Shown here: one piece after another, positions 37,695 through 48,506 of the stretch
Layout: every line of letters begins with the position of its first letter
Position numbering within the stretch: the stretch's first letter is position 1
DNA from: Thermoproteota archaeon
GTDB lineage: Archaea > Thermoproteota > Thermoprotei_A > EX4484-217-1
Length of the DNA stretch: 64,000 bases
Assembly (NCBI GenBank): GCA_029258915.1
Contig: JAPDJU010000005.1
Location: 201,797-265,796 of the forward strand
Direction: 5' to 3'
Program-made: the position numbers and the translations under genes
Notes under the pieces: model-generated
What the model saw: only the letters and a program-made list of their open reading frames with translations
What the model was told of the DNA's origin: nothing
Databases searched by the model: none

Positions 37695-39012
37695 AAACTT
37701 TTTTAACTTTAAGCTTAGGCCCTACTTTTTCAACTACAATAATTTCCTCCCCTGCTTTTATTTCCTCATCCGAGAAAGCCATCCAATACTCACCTTCAAC
37801 CATAACAAATCCTTCTCTTCCTGGACCTAAATCATCTAATGCTTTGCCTTTTGAACCCGCAACACTCCATATGATAGGTTTAGCCTTTCTGGCCTTAATG
37901 ATCTTATAAAGTGCAAAAGCGAAAAACGCTGAACCTGCAATAGCAATTATTACACCTGCAACTACAAACCTAAAGTAAAACTCTGGAGTTACAAACCACG
38001 TTTGAGGAAGATATATAGGTAATAATAAGAATCCTAAGGCTAACATTACTACACCTGTTGTACCTATAATACCGAATCCAGGGGTAACCATTTCAATAAT
38101 CAGTAAAACTACACCTACAATTATAAGTAAGGTTGAAATGGTATTTATTGAAAACCCTAGCCCTAAAAGCCCTAGTATAAATAGTAAAGCCCCTATAGCA
38201 ACAACAGGATAATGTCCCGTAATTAAGCTTAATAGTAAAATGTAGAAACCTAACATAAGAAGTAGATTTGCTAATAAAGGATCGGCTAAAACATTTGTTA
38301 ACATGTCTCCAATACTCCATTCATATTTTACTATAGTAAACCCTTTAGTATCTATTCTTACCTTACCTACTGCGGTTTTAACCTCCATACCGTCGATTTT
38401 CATTAAAAGGTCACCTATGTTTTCCGCTATGAGGTCTACTACATTACTTCTAAGAGCTTCCTCATCATTTAGGGTTAAATTTCTCCTAACAAACAATCCT
38501 GCTGCTGTCTGATTTCTTCCTCTTTCCCTACTAACTGTTTCAGCCATTTCAACTATAGGATTTATTATCTTACTATAATTAAGAGGTTCAAAACCTGAAG
38601 GACCATAACCTATAGGTTGTGCCGCACCTATCATTGTTCCAGGAGACATTGCGGCAATATGGCAAGATAAGAGAATTAACGTTCCAGCACTCCATGCAGC
38701 AGCACCTTTAGGATAAACAAATCCTATGACAGGAACTTTGGAGTTAAGAAATGCTCTAATAATTTTCTCTGTGGCAGTAAGTTCTCCTCCTGGAGTATCA
38801 AGAACTAAAACAAGTAAAGCATTTTCTTTTTCTGCCATATTTAAGGCAGCAAGAATAGCTGAAGCTAGTCCTTCATTTATTGTCTTACCGTCAAAATAGA
38901 ATACGTAAGCTTTAGGACCTACTGTATGCTGGGCTCTGATAAGAGGAGAACATAAAGCTACAAGTAATAATACTAAAGCTAATATTGTAAAAAATTTATT
39001 TATTAGCCTCAT
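37684..39012 (-). CDS. NfeD-like membrane-bound ClpP-class serine protease
   Basis: 442 aa with an N-terminal ClpP-like domain, multiple TM helices and a C-terminal OB domain. It is immediately downstream of the stomatin gene. Confidence 0.75.
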   Translation of the reverse strand: MRLINKFFTILALVLLLVALCSPLIRAQHTVGPKAYVFYFDGKTINEGLASAILAALNMAEKENALLVLVLDTPGGELTATEKIIRAFLNSKVPVIGFVYPKGAAAWSAGTLILLSCHIAAMSPGTMIGAAQPIGYGPSGFEPLNYSKIINPIVEMAETVSRERGRNQTAAGLFVRRNLTLNDEEALRSNVVDLIAENIGDLLMKIDGMEVKTAVGKVRIDTKGFTIVKYEWSIGDMLTNVLADPLLANLLLMLGFYILLLSLITGHYPVVAIGALLFILGLLGLGFSINTISTLLIIVGVVLLIIEMVTPGFGIIGTTGVVMLALGFLLLPIYLPQTWFVTPEFYFRFVVAGVIIAIAGSAFFAFALYKIIKARKAKPIIWSVAGSKGKALDDLGPGREGFVMVEGEYWMAFSDEEIKAGEEIIVVEKVGPKLKVKKVSKK

Positions 39013-39019
39013 TTGTCTA

Positions 39020-39805
39020 CTACTTCCCCTCCTTCAATCCCTTAACCAACCCAACTACTGGACCTAAACCAGCAGTAGTTTCTGTAATAACTACTAGGTT
39101 TTTCTCTCTAGCGACCTCTACCATGGTCTGTAATTCTCTAAGTCTCAATGCTGCTGGATGCTTCTCGTAGAAAGCTGCTGCTTCACTCATAATTTTAGCT
39201 GCTTGTCTTTCACCTTCAGCCTCAATAATTCTTGCTCTTCTCCACCTTTCGGCTTCAGCTTGCTTAGCCATAGCTCTTAGCATTGTTTCTGGCAGTTTTA
39301 CTTCTTTCATTGTTACTGCTGTAACCTTAATACCCCATGGATCTGTGGCAACATCTAATATGCTTGTTAGTCTTTTGTTCAATTCCTCTCTTCTAGTAAG
39401 TAGATCATCAAGTTCTACTTGACCTAAAACATCTCTTAATGTTGTCTGAGACAGAAGTAAGACTGCGTATGAGTAGTTTTCAACAGCTATAACGGCTTTA
39501 ACCGGGTCGAACACCTTATAGTAAACTACAGCATCAACACCTACTGTTACGTTATCTTTAGTTATGATTCTTTGCTCAGGGACATCAACGGAAACTATTC
39601 GTAAATCTACTTTTCTTACTGAATCAACCCATGGTATTATAAAGAATAATCCTGGGCCCTTAGCTCCAATAAGTCTTCCAAGCCTGAAAATTACTGCTCT
39701 TTCATATTCCTTAACTATTTTAATGCTTCTCGAGAGAATTATTAAGATTACTATTAAAGGTATTCCTACATATATTATGAAATCTATTAAAGACAAACTG
39801 CACAC
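39020..39805 (-). CDS. stomatin/prohibitin (SPFH, band 7) protein
   Basis: 261 aa with an N-terminal TM helix and an SPFH core (RIVSVDVPEQRIITKDNVTVGVDAVVYYKV). Confidence 0.85.
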   Translation of the reverse strand: MCSLSLIDFIIYVGIPLIVILIILSRSIKIVKEYERAVIFRLGRLIGAKGPGLFFIIPWVDSVRKVDLRIVSVDVPEQRIITKDNVTVGVDAVVYYKVFDPVKAVIAVENYSYAVLLLSQTTLRDVLGQVELDDLLTRREELNKRLTSILDVATDPWGIKVTAVTMKEVKLPETMLRAMAKQAEAERWRRARIIEAEGERQAAKIMSEAAAFYEKHPAALRLRELQTMVEVAREKNLVVITETTAGLGPVVGLVKGLKEGK

Positions 39806-40125
39806 CTAAGTTTTTCCTACTGTTACCAATTCTTATAATAGTCAGTAATAAACTCTCTGTAAAACATAAAAAACTAAGCATTTTCCTTACCTAGAATTTT
39901 CTTTCATAATCTCTACTTTCTATCTTCTTAAAATCAGACAAACATAGTATCCTAGTTTATTCTATAGAAATACATTAAATAAGGCCATATTCAATAGGAT
40001 GTTATTTATTAATAGACGCAATTATCTGCGAGTGCTATCTTATGGAACTGTGAAACAATAAACTTGTCCTTAAATTCTCTTAAAAGTTAAGAATAAGTTT
40101 ATACATAAAAATCTTTAGTAGCTAA

Positions 40126-40602
40126 GTGATGCTTATGAGTAGCAAACGTAGATTAGGTTTTTCAAGAGAACGAGAACTTGTTAGACTTTTTTGGAAGAAA
40201 GGATTTGCATGTATTAGAGGTCCTGCAAGCGGTGCAAAAACCAGGAGGATAATATACCCGGATCTCATAGCTTTGAAAAATGGGGTAATTTTTATTATCG
40301 AAGTAAAGACTAGAGAATCTAAAGAACCAATATATATCGACCGTGAAAAGATAATACGGCTCAAAGAGTTTGCTAGAAGAGCTAAAGGCTTACCTCTTAT
40401 TGCAATTAAGTTTATAGGTCAAACTAGATGGCGTTTTCTACATGTAAATGACCTCATAGAAACAGCGAAGGGAAACTTTAAAGTCGACCTTGAAGTTTTA
40501 GCTAAGAAGGGGTTAACTATTGAAGCTTTAGAAGCTCTAGCTTCAAAAACTACTAAGCTTAATAGATTTCTATTCCACTCTAACTCTAATAGTTATTCCT
40601 AG
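40126..40602 (+). CDS. hjc: Holliday junction resolvase Hjc/Hje
   Basis: RERELVRLFWKKGFACIRGPASG...PDLIALKNGVIFIIEVKT matches the Hjc catalytic core. The likely start is 40135. Confidence 0.75.
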   Translation: MMLMSSKRRLGFSRERELVRLFWKKGFACIRGPASGAKTRRIIYPDLIALKNGVIFIIEVKTRESKEPIYIDREKIIRLKEFARRAKGLPLIAIKFIGQTRWRFLHVNDLIETAKGNFKVDLEVLAKKGLTIEALEALASKTTKLNRFLFHSNSNSYS

Positions 40603-42138
40603 TTTTTCTTCTAATCGTCTAAGCCTTCTAGCTTTCTTCACAAGTATTCTTGCTTGGTTCCTAGGAACAATAACGGTTACTGTTGACCCTTGAATTTCTA
40701 TTGATGCGTTTGGAATTAGCCTTTCTATTTCTCTAACTATTCTTCTTTCAAAACCTCTAGCTAAAACTCTTCTAACCGGAATAACAACGGTAGCTTCGCC
40801 AAATTTATACATTTCATATTCTAACTCTCCTGTTAAGTAGTCCCTAACTTCAACAACAGGTCTAGCAAGATCTGCTTCCCTAAGCCCAGTAGGCAATTTA
40901 ACGGAAATTGAGACTTCATAAACCTTCTTTACTTCGCCATTTTCTATGAAAATCACAGTATCTAAAATGCTAGGTATCATTCCAAGTTCTACTCTACCTA
41001 TAAACCTTTGAATGGCATCTATAGGTGATGTTGCGTGAACTACTCCTACCATGCCTATTCCTGCAAGTCTCAAGTCGGTATATAGTTTGAAGTCTTCGTC
41101 ATTTCTCATTTCATCAAAGAAAGTGTAATCAGGTCTGCTTAAAAGAAGAATGTCATGGAGCTCGCCGCTGGAAGCATGTGTTTTAGAATATTGTGTAACT
41201 AGATCAGGTAAATGCATGTCTCTTGGAGATTCTATAGTTTTAACTATTTTACCTTTTCTTGAATAATATTCTGCAAGTGCTTGTGCAAATGTCGTTTTAC
41301 CCATTCCGGGGGCTCCAGCTATAAGTATTCCTTCAGCTCTTTCTTCAAGTCTTCTAAGAAGCTTTTTAGGTAAATTGTAATCTTCAAGTCTTAGTTTAAC
41401 TAAAGGCCGTACAGCGGTAATTTCCCATCCATCTGAAAGCGGGGGCCTTGCTATAATTATTCTATAGAGGCCAAGTTGAACTATTGTGGAACCTGCTCTA
41501 TCAACTTCTATAAATCCGTTTCCTCTAAGTTTAGCGGCTTCGATTATTTCTTTTGCTATCTCCTCTATCTCCTCTCTTGTTAAAGGCTCCTTTTTTAAAA
41601 CAGTAATTCTCCAAGACCCTGGCTTACCTTTCTTGGCAAGTGGAGGTACGCCTTCCTTTAGATGTATGCTCATAGTTTCTGTATCAAAGAAGGCTTCTAG
41701 CTTTACTTTATGTTCTTTCTTGGGTTTAACATATAATACCTTGATACCTAATGCCTTAGCTACCTCTGCCTGAACTCTGTCTCCGGTAATTAGTATTGCA
41801 TCAAGTTCCCATGCTAGCTCCCTAATCATAGCGTCTATTGCTCCTGTCCAAGCCATTCTAATATCTACTGGTTTAGGTCTTTCACCAGCAATTTCCAGCT
41901 TAATCTTACCCTTATGAGCTAATTCTCTAAGTCTCTTGACTTCCTCTAACCCTGCAAAACCAACAGCCTTACCCTGATTAGCTTGATTCTCAAGCTCCGA
42001 AATTACTGCTCTATGGATTATTATTTTCCCTTTAATAGCATCCTCTTCAACAAGCTTAGACACCACACCTTCAACAATAACGCTGGTGTCAGGTACATAA
42101 ATCTCCTCTTCAACCACCGGATATGTTATCTCATTCAT
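40570..42138 (-). CDS. PIN-domain / PilT-like ATPase / KH-domain protein (COG1855-type)
   Basis: 522 aa with an N-terminal PIN-like domain, Walker A GAPGMGKTT and a C-terminal KH-like segment. Confidence 0.7.
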   Translation of the reverse strand: MNEITYPVVEEEIYVPDTSVIVEGVVSKLVEEDAIKGKIIIHRAVISELENQANQGKAVGFAGLEEVKRLRELAHKGKIKLEIAGERPKPVDIRMAWTGAIDAMIRELAWELDAILITGDRVQAEVAKALGIKVLYVKPKKEHKVKLEAFFDTETMSIHLKEGVPPLAKKGKPGSWRITVLKKEPLTREEIEEIAKEIIEAAKLRGNGFIEVDRAGSTIVQLGLYRIIIARPPLSDGWEITAVRPLVKLRLEDYNLPKKLLRRLEERAEGILIAGAPGMGKTTFAQALAEYYSRKGKIVKTIESPRDMHLPDLVTQYSKTHASSGELHDILLLSRPDYTFFDEMRNDEDFKLYTDLRLAGIGMVGVVHATSPIDAIQRFIGRVELGMIPSILDTVIFIENGEVKKVYEVSISVKLPTGLREADLARPVVEVRDYLTGELEYEMYKFGEATVVIPVRRVLARGFERRIVREIERLIPNASIEIQGSTVTVIVPRNQARILVKKARRLRRLEEKLGITIRVRVE

Positions 42139-42273
42139 TCAACTATGCCTCTTATCTATCCACACTGATATAGTTACAACTACTTAAACTTAGGTATTTT
42201 TAAATGTTTTTAGCATAAATTATTTTTATAATGGTGTATCATAAAAACTAGTATTAAGACAAGAGGTTAAACT

Positions 42274-42486
42274 ATGGGGGCCAAGGAAAGAAAATGCAGT
42301 GTTGAAGGATGCGGGAAAGTTTCAGTACATTCTTTAAGCTATGTTGAAGCCCGAGTCTTAGAAAATCAGGGTTTAAAGCTTACACCATATTTAGGTAGAG
42401 TTTATCTTTGTGAAAAACACTATAAGCTCTATAAGAAAATTAGAAAGAAGGAGAAAAGACTGGAAAAGTGGAGGTTTAGGGGTTAA
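42274..42486 (+). CDS. small zinc-finger protein (CxxC...C-x2-H)
   Basis: 70 aa. It ends 2 nt before the leuS ATG. Confidence 0.45.
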   Translation: MGAKERKCSVEGCGKVSVHSLSYVEARVLENQGLKLTPYLGRVYLCEKHYKLYKKIRKKEKRLEKWRFRG

Positions 42487-42487
42487 T

Positions 42488-45394
42488 ATGGAAGCAGAGC
42501 CTATAAATGACTTTGCTAAGTTCCTTAACGAAATATCTGATAAATGGTCTAAAGAGTGGATTAAAAATAACGTTTTTGAAGCAGATCCCGATCCCAATAA
42601 ACCTAAGTTCTTTATCACAGCTGCTTTCCCTTATCCAAATTCTCCAATGCATATAGGCCATTGTAGAACATACACTATAACAGATATTTATGCCAGGTTT
42701 AAGAGAATGCAAGGGTTTAACGTACTATTCCCCATGGGATTCCATTACACTGGAACGCCTATCTTGGCTATGGCAGAAGCTGTTGCTAAAGGAGACAAGG
42801 AACTTATAGACTTGTTCATAAATGTCTACTACATACCTAAACAGGACATAGAAATATTGAAGACACCGCTAAGTATGGCTAAGTATTTTCATAAAGATTT
42901 CAAAGAGTCCATGATTAAAATAGGCTATAGTATTGATTGGAGAAGAGAATTCACAAGTATAACGCCTCAATTCAGCCAGTTCATAAAATGGCAATTTACT
43001 AAGCTGAAAGAGAAAGGCTACCTTACCCAAGGAACGCATCCTGTAGGCTGGTGTCCAGCACATCAAAACCCTGTAGGTCAACATGACACTAAGGGCGATG
43101 TAGAACCAGAAATAGGCGAGTATACGTTAATACTTTTTGAAGGACCTAATGGTGAAAAATATCCATGCGCAACCCTAAGGCCTGAAACAGTATTCGGAGT
43201 TACAAATATTTGGATAAACCCTGAAGCAGTATATGTTCACGCTAAAGTTAATGAAGACATATGGGTCATAAGCGAGCAGGCAGCATTTAAACTGGCGTTT
43301 CAAAACAGAGAAGTTAAAGTATTAAAGAAGTTTAGAGGCGAAAAAATTCTAGGACTAAGAGTTAAAAATCCTGCAACAAATAAGGAAGTCCCCATACTCC
43401 CGGGGCACTTCGTCGACCCGGGTAATGCAAGCGGAGTTGTTATGTCTGTTCCGGCGCATGCACCATATGATTACGCAGCACTTATAGAATTATTACTTAA
43501 CAGGGAATTACTTGAAAAGTTCGATATACAACCCGAAGAATTCAAACCTATACCGATAATTAGTGTGCCAGGATATTCTGAATACCCAGCTAAAGATGTA
43601 GTAGAGAAGATGAATATAAAGTCTCAAAGAGATCCGAAGCTTGAAGATGCTACTAAAGAAATCTACTCCGTAGAATACCACAAAGGTGTGATGAAAGAAA
43701 ATACTGGAAAATATGCTGGAAAACCTGTAAAAATAGCTAAGGAAGAGGTTAAAAATGATCTTCTCTTGAACGGTAAGGCAGATACAATGTATGAAATTCT
43801 TAACAAACCTGTCTATTGTAGGTGCGGAACAGAGGTTGTTGTAAAGATTCTTGAAAACCAGTGGTTCATAGACTATTCCAGAGAAGATTGGAAAGAACTT
43901 GCCAGAAAAGCGCTAAGTAAGATGCGTATAATACCTAAGGAGGCAAGAAAAGACTTTGAATACACTATAGAATGGCTTAAAGAAAAAGCATGCGCTAGAC
44001 AAAGAGGATTAGGCACAGAACTTCCATGGAGTCCCGGATGGATTATAGAATCTCTTAGTGACTCAACAATATACATGGCTTATTACACTATAGCAAAGCA
44101 TGTGAATAAGTATAATATAAAGTCTGAACAATTAACTGATGAAGTGTTTGATTACGTATTCTTAGGTATAGGTGATGTTAAAGAAGTTTCTAAAAAGTCT
44201 AAGATACCTGAGGAGATACTTAAGGAAATGAGAGAAGAATTTCTCTACTGGTACCCCGTTGACAGTCGTCATAGTGCCAAAGAACTTATACCTAACCATT
44301 TGACATTCTACATATTTAACCATGTAGCAATATTTCCTGAGAAACACTGGCCTAAACAAATAGTTGCTAACGGTTTTGTACTTTACGAAGGAAAGAAAAT
44401 GTCTAAGTCTTTAAGAAACATTATACCACTTAGGATTGCAAGTAAAGTTTACGGCCCTGATACTGTAAGGCTAACATTAGCTGTTTCTGCTGAGACGCCT
44501 CAAGATGCTGATTTTAGCGCTAAACTTGCTCTATCTATTCTTGAAAGACTTAGGAGAATGTATGACCTCGCATATAAGGTAGCTAGATTAGAGAAAGATG
44601 AAGCTAAAGAAACACATATTGATAAATGGTTTTTAAGCATAATTCAAAACAGAATAATCAAAGTAACTAATGCGCTTGAAGAGTTAAAGATAAGAGAAGC
44701 AGCAAATACAGTGCTCTATACGATGGAGCAAGATCTTAAATGGTATATGGAAAATTGTGAAAAACCTTCAGGTAAAATACTTAAATACTTCTTTAACACA
44801 TGGACTAAGCTATTAGCTCCTTTTGCACCATTTATAGCAGAAGAAATATGGAATATACTTGGTAACGAAGGATTTGTCTCTACAGCTTCATGGCCTAAAG
44901 TTAAAAGTGAATATGTTGGTAGAGAAGCAGAGTTGAAAGAAGAATACTTTAAGAAATTAATAGCAGATATTAAGGAAATACTTAAGGTTACTAAGGTAAA
45001 GAAACCTAAGAAAATAATAATCTACACTGCAGCTTCATGGAAGAAAAAGGTTGGAGAAATAGTAGCGGCTAACATGGATGGAAGCGATGTCGAAGTGTTT
45101 AGAAAGTCTATTAAACAAGTAATGAGTATGCGTGAAATAAGAAAGCGCGGTAAAGAAGCAGTAGACGTTGTGAAAAACATTATAGAGGTTTTCAGAGAGG
45201 TCCCAGAACAACTAAGAGAAGAAATAGCTAAAATAGACGAATATAAAGTTCTCGAAGAATTTAAAAAGAGAATAATGAAAACCACTAACAGTTCAGAAGT
45301 AGTTATAATGAGCGAAGAGAAAGCAACATATGACCCACTTAGAAAAGCAAAGTATGCGTTACCCCTTAAGCCAGCAATATATGTTGAAAGCTAA
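42488..45394 (+). CDS. leuS: leucyl-tRNA synthetase
   Basis: Class I aaRS with the HIGH motif PMHIGH and the KMSKS motif. ATG at 42488 is preferred over the track's GTG at 42410, which overlaps the upstream gene. Confidence 0.9.
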   Translation: MEAEPINDFAKFLNEISDKWSKEWIKNNVFEADPDPNKPKFFITAAFPYPNSPMHIGHCRTYTITDIYARFKRMQGFNVLFPMGFHYTGTPILAMAEAVAKGDKELIDLFINVYYIPKQDIEILKTPLSMAKYFHKDFKESMIKIGYSIDWRREFTSITPQFSQFIKWQFTKLKEKGYLTQGTHPVGWCPAHQNPVGQHDTKGDVEPEIGEYTLILFEGPNGEKYPCATLRPETVFGVTNIWINPEAVYVHAKVNEDIWVISEQAAFKLAFQNREVKVLKKFRGEKILGLRVKNPATNKEVPILPGHFVDPGNASGVVMSVPAHAPYDYAALIELLLNRELLEKFDIQPEEFKPIPIISVPGYSEYPAKDVVEKMNIKSQRDPKLEDATKEIYSVEYHKGVMKENTGKYAGKPVKIAKEEVKNDLLLNGKADTMYEILNKPVYCRCGTEVVVKILENQWFIDYSREDWKELARKALSKMRIIPKEARKDFEYTIEWLKEKACARQRGLGTELPWSPGWIIESLSDSTIYMAYYTIAKHVNKYNIKSEQLTDEVFDYVFLGIGDVKEVSKKSKIPEEILKEMREEFLYWYPVDSRHSAKELIPNHLTFYIFNHVAIFPEKHWPKQIVANGFVLYEGKKMSKSLRNIIPLRIASKVYGPDTVRLTLAVSAETPQDADFSAKLALSILERLRRMYDLAYKVARLEKDEAKETHIDKWFLSIIQNRIIKVTNALEELKIREAANTVLYTMEQDLKWYMENCEKPSGKILKYFFNTWTKLLAPFAPFIAEEIWNILGNEGFVSTASWPKVKSEYVGREAELKEEYFKKLIADIKEILKVTKVKKPKKIIIYTAASWKKKVGEIVAANMDGSDVEVFRKSIKQVMSMREIRKRGKEAVDVVKNIIEVFREVPEQLREEIAKIDEYKVLEEFKKRIMKTTNSSEVVIMSEEKATYDPLRKAKYALPLKPAIYVES

Positions 45395-45460
45395 CTCCTA
45401 TGCTCTTTATGATAAAAAATGAACTGAACGTTTCAATGACATCCACGTAAACCATATTAT

Positions 45461-45676
45461 TTAATCCTTCATAAGTTCTTTAAAACTAGGTATAGATATA
45501 ATCATTGATAGCAAAATTAGCACTAATCCAAAAATATGTAAGCTAGATTGTGGAAGATACACTGCTATTAAAATCCCCAAACCCGCACCAAACATGAACT
45601 TGCCTAGTACATGCATAAACATGAGATGAGATGGTAGTTTTCTAAATTTTTCAGCTTTTCTAGCAAAGAAACCCAT
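45461..45676 (-). CDS. small membrane protein (hypothetical)
   Basis: 71 aa with two hydrophobic helices. Confidence 0.35.
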   Translation of the reverse strand: MGFFARKAEKFRKLPSHLMFMHVLGKFMFGAGLGILIAVYLPQSSLHIFGLVLILLSMIISIPSFKELMKD

Positions 45677-45749
45677 GCTCTACTCACTGCTAATGTGTTG
45701 TTATGTTTCTCAATATAAGTTTTAATGACCATGTTTACATGTAAAATAT

Positions 45750-46475
45750 CTAAATAACGATGATGTTTTTCTCTACCTTGATAGCACCATACTTAATAAG
45801 TTTAATCAGTATCTTATGTGCAACATTTCTTTTTACTCCAATACTATGTGATATTATAGTAACAGCATCGCTAACAGTTAATGGCCCGTATTCTACGGAA
45901 GCTTCCTGTAAAAGCCCTAGAATTTTCCTTAATCCTTCAGGTAAAACACTATAGATATCACGTATTCCCCTCGATGAAACTTCTAACATGGCTTTATCCA
46001 AAATAGTTTTAAACATGAAAACGTTTTGGGAAACCCTACTACAAAACACTTTAAGTAGTCCTCTTACTTGATGCAATACTCTTGAAGACTTATTATCAGT
46101 TATTATAGTAAACAAACTGCTTACCTTAAATATGTTCTTTCTGAAGTCATGTACTGTTTCCTCATTGGCTGAAGGATTATGAATATGCAAGCTTACTTTA
46201 CTGCTTACATTAAACTTTAAACTATTAGAAATGAGAATGTTCTCCATAATACTAGCATCGTATTCTTTTTCCACATTTTCCAATACCTCAGGAAGAAACG
46301 TTTTAGAATAGTCTATAAGGATAATTTTTATGTTACCTATTTCACTAAGTATTTTAGCCATCATAACTGCTTGTATTATCTGCTTAACCCATTCAATATC
46401 ACTTAGAAAAGCTATTCTCCTGTTCCGAGGCCATGAGATTAGTTTTTCAAGAGAACGTATATTCAGTTTTTCCAA
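45750..46475 (-). CDS. hypothetical protein
   Basis: 241-aa ORF. Confidence 0.4.
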   Translation of the reverse strand: MEKLNIRSLEKLISWPRNRRIAFLSDIEWVKQIIQAVMMAKILSEIGNIKIILIDYSKTFLPEVLENVEKEYDASIMENILISNSLKFNVSSKVSLHIHNPSANEETVHDFRKNIFKVSSLFTIITDNKSSRVLHQVRGLLKVFCSRVSQNVFMFKTILDKAMLEVSSRGIRDIYSVLPEGLRKILGLLQEASVEYGPLTVSDAVTIISHSIGVKRNVAHKILIKLIKYGAIKVEKNIIVI

Positions 46476-46535
46476 GCAAATCCCCTATCAAGATAAAAAT
46501 GTTTAACTACTTAGAAATGTTTAACTCAGAACAGA

Positions 46536-46596
46536 AATAGATGATGTGAACATTAGCCCTCTGATAGATGAGGAAACGCAGGCCTGACTGATTAAT
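46536..46596 (+). ncRNA. candidate C/D-box sRNA
   Basis: C box AUGAUGU at 46541-46547. A 13-nt guide is followed by D' CUGA at 46561-46564. C'-like AUGAGGA at 46568-46574. A 13-nt guide is followed by D CUGA at 46588-46591. A short terminal stem is AUAG/UUAU. It is intergenic between 45750-46475(-) and 46603-46938(-). Confidence 0.45.
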
Positions 46597-46602
46597 ATTA
46601 AT

Positions 46603-46938
46603 TTAGCTTTCCTCCTCCTTAAGCGCTTCAATCATTCTTTTATATCTTTCTTCCATTAGTTTTTCAAGTTCTGGAGGTATACCAAAACCTACAATATTAA
46701 CTTTAACATTCTTTACTCCTTCAACTTCTCTAGTTCTTTCTTCAATAGACGCTACTATTATGTGTGCTATGGGACAAAACGGTGTTGTTAGCATTAAGTC
46801 TACTTCAACGTTCCCTTCATCATCTACTTTTATACCTCTAATAAAACCGATATCAACAACGTTTAAACCTATTTCAGGATCTATTACTTTTTTAAGGTTC
46901 TCTCTAATTTTCTCTACTATTTCTTCCTTACTCACCAT
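46603..46938 (-). CDS. DUF59/MIP18-family Fe-S assembly protein (SufT/PaaD-like)
   Basis: 111 aa. VIDPEIGLNVVDIGFI...TTPFCP is the family signature. Confidence 0.75.
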   Translation of the reverse strand: MVSKEEIVEKIRENLKKVIDPEIGLNVVDIGFIRGIKVDDEGNVEVDLMLTTPFCPIAHIIVASIEERTREVEGVKNVKVNIVGFGIPPELEKLMEERYKRMIEALKEEES

Positions 46939-47040
46939 AGGGCAACACCAAGTGCTTATGTAGTTTAAGGGATTGTCTCAAATATTAGTTTTGCTAAAGC
47001 TGCAAGATTAAAATAGCAGTATAGAAAAATTGGTAGCGAG

Positions 47041-48477
47041 ATGAAATCAGTGAAGAAAGCCGCTGTATTAGGGCTTGACGGTTTATCATGGGACTACCTA
47101 AACAAGCTTATAAGACATGGAATTTTAACTTACACTAAACATTTAATCAGTAATAAAAACACATATGCCTTTGATTTAGAATGTTTTCCACCATCAACAC
47201 CTCCTTCATGGACCAGTATTATGACTGGTGTTAACCCCGGGAAGCATGGCATATTTGCGTTTGACTTTATAGACTATGCTACTTTAGAACATAGATTATT
47301 TAATGCTATGCATCTTGAACATCCTAGAATACATGAAATGCTGTCAATGCTTAAAATACCCTCAATAGTTATTAATCCTATTCCAGGATATCCACTAATT
47401 CCTGCAAAATCATCTAAAATAATAAGCTATACAATAATAGTTCCTAAAACCCAGTACTATCCAAGAAACGAAATCATGAAGAAATACGCTGAGAAAATAA
47501 ATTCCGCATTAGAGTTAAAACATAGGAAAACAGATGAATGTAAAAGAACACTATTAGCTTCAGTAAACCTTGTCGAGGCGGTATTTGAAATAGTAGAGGA
47601 TATTGTAAATTTATATGAATGGAACTTGTTATGGATAAATTTACAAATACCCGATATAATATTACACAAATGCAATTTCCAAATATTTACAAAAGTATTA
47701 AATATTGAGCATAGGCTATTTAAGCGCATAGATAACCTTGCTAGAATGCTTAATGAATTATCAGATATATTCGTTATAGTTTCTGATCACGGTTTCTCAA
47801 CGTACAATAGGCTCGTAAGGATAAATGATATTTTGGCAAAGAAAAGCTATGTAAAAACAACTAAAAAACCCACAGCTAGAGCTCTGAAAGAGTATAAGGA
47901 AATTAAACTCGAAATACTAGGTAAAAGCATAAAGGAAGAAAGCTATAACCAATACGGATACGTTGATAAGGAAAAATCCATAGCATTTTACATTTCTAAA
48001 TGGAATTTAGGTATCTATGTTAAAGCCATAGAAGCTATAGCTAAAATACGTAAAATTCTAAGCAGCACTGAAGGAATTAAATGGGTTAAACCAAGAGAAG
48101 AAGTTTATTTAGGACCCTATGTTAAAAGAGCACCACATTTAATTATTCGTCCAGATTACGAGGGAGGATTTCTACAATCAGATAATAAAGTAATAGGCAA
48201 AATGTATGAAGAAGGAGAGTTCAAAGATCATCATCCTTCAGGCGTTTTAATAGTAAAAACTAAGGACTTAAGGCTAAAAGATAAAATAAAAATTCCAAAC
48301 TACACTGTAACTCCCTTAATAATGTTAACCCTAAATTTACCCTTACCGAAAACAACAGATGCCACAAAAGAGTTAATGAACATAATCAGTGGAGAACAAG
48401 TAAAGATAAAGTTTAAAAACTATTTACCTAAATGGAAGATAATGAAGTCTATGATAAAATACTTGAGGTATAGGTAA
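47041..48477 (+). CDS. alkaline-phosphatase-superfamily type I phosphodiesterase / nucleotide pyrophosphatase-like
   Basis: 478 aa. AVLGLDGLSW...PPSTPPSWTSIMTGVNPGKHGI is the metal-binding core. Confidence 0.65.
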   Translation: MKSVKKAAVLGLDGLSWDYLNKLIRHGILTYTKHLISNKNTYAFDLECFPPSTPPSWTSIMTGVNPGKHGIFAFDFIDYATLEHRLFNAMHLEHPRIHEMLSMLKIPSIVINPIPGYPLIPAKSSKIISYTIIVPKTQYYPRNEIMKKYAEKINSALELKHRKTDECKRTLLASVNLVEAVFEIVEDIVNLYEWNLLWINLQIPDIILHKCNFQIFTKVLNIEHRLFKRIDNLARMLNELSDIFVIVSDHGFSTYNRLVRINDILAKKSYVKTTKKPTARALKEYKEIKLEILGKSIKEESYNQYGYVDKEKSIAFYISKWNLGIYVKAIEAIAKIRKILSSTEGIKWVKPREEVYLGPYVKRAPHLIIRPDYEGGFLQSDNKVIGKMYEEGEFKDHHPSGVLIVKTKDLRLKDKIKIPNYTVTPLIMLTLNLPLPKTTDATKELMNIISGEQVKIKFKNYLPKWKIMKSMIKYLRYR

Positions 48478-48506
48478 AAGCTAACTACATAATAGTTTGT
48501 GAAACT

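Noticed and set aside
42410-45394. Track ORF giving LeuS a GTG start at 42410
   Set aside because: That start lies inside, and out of frame with, the small zinc-finger ORF 42274-42486. The in-frame ATG at 42488 gives a normal class I aaRS N-terminus immediately after that gene's stop.
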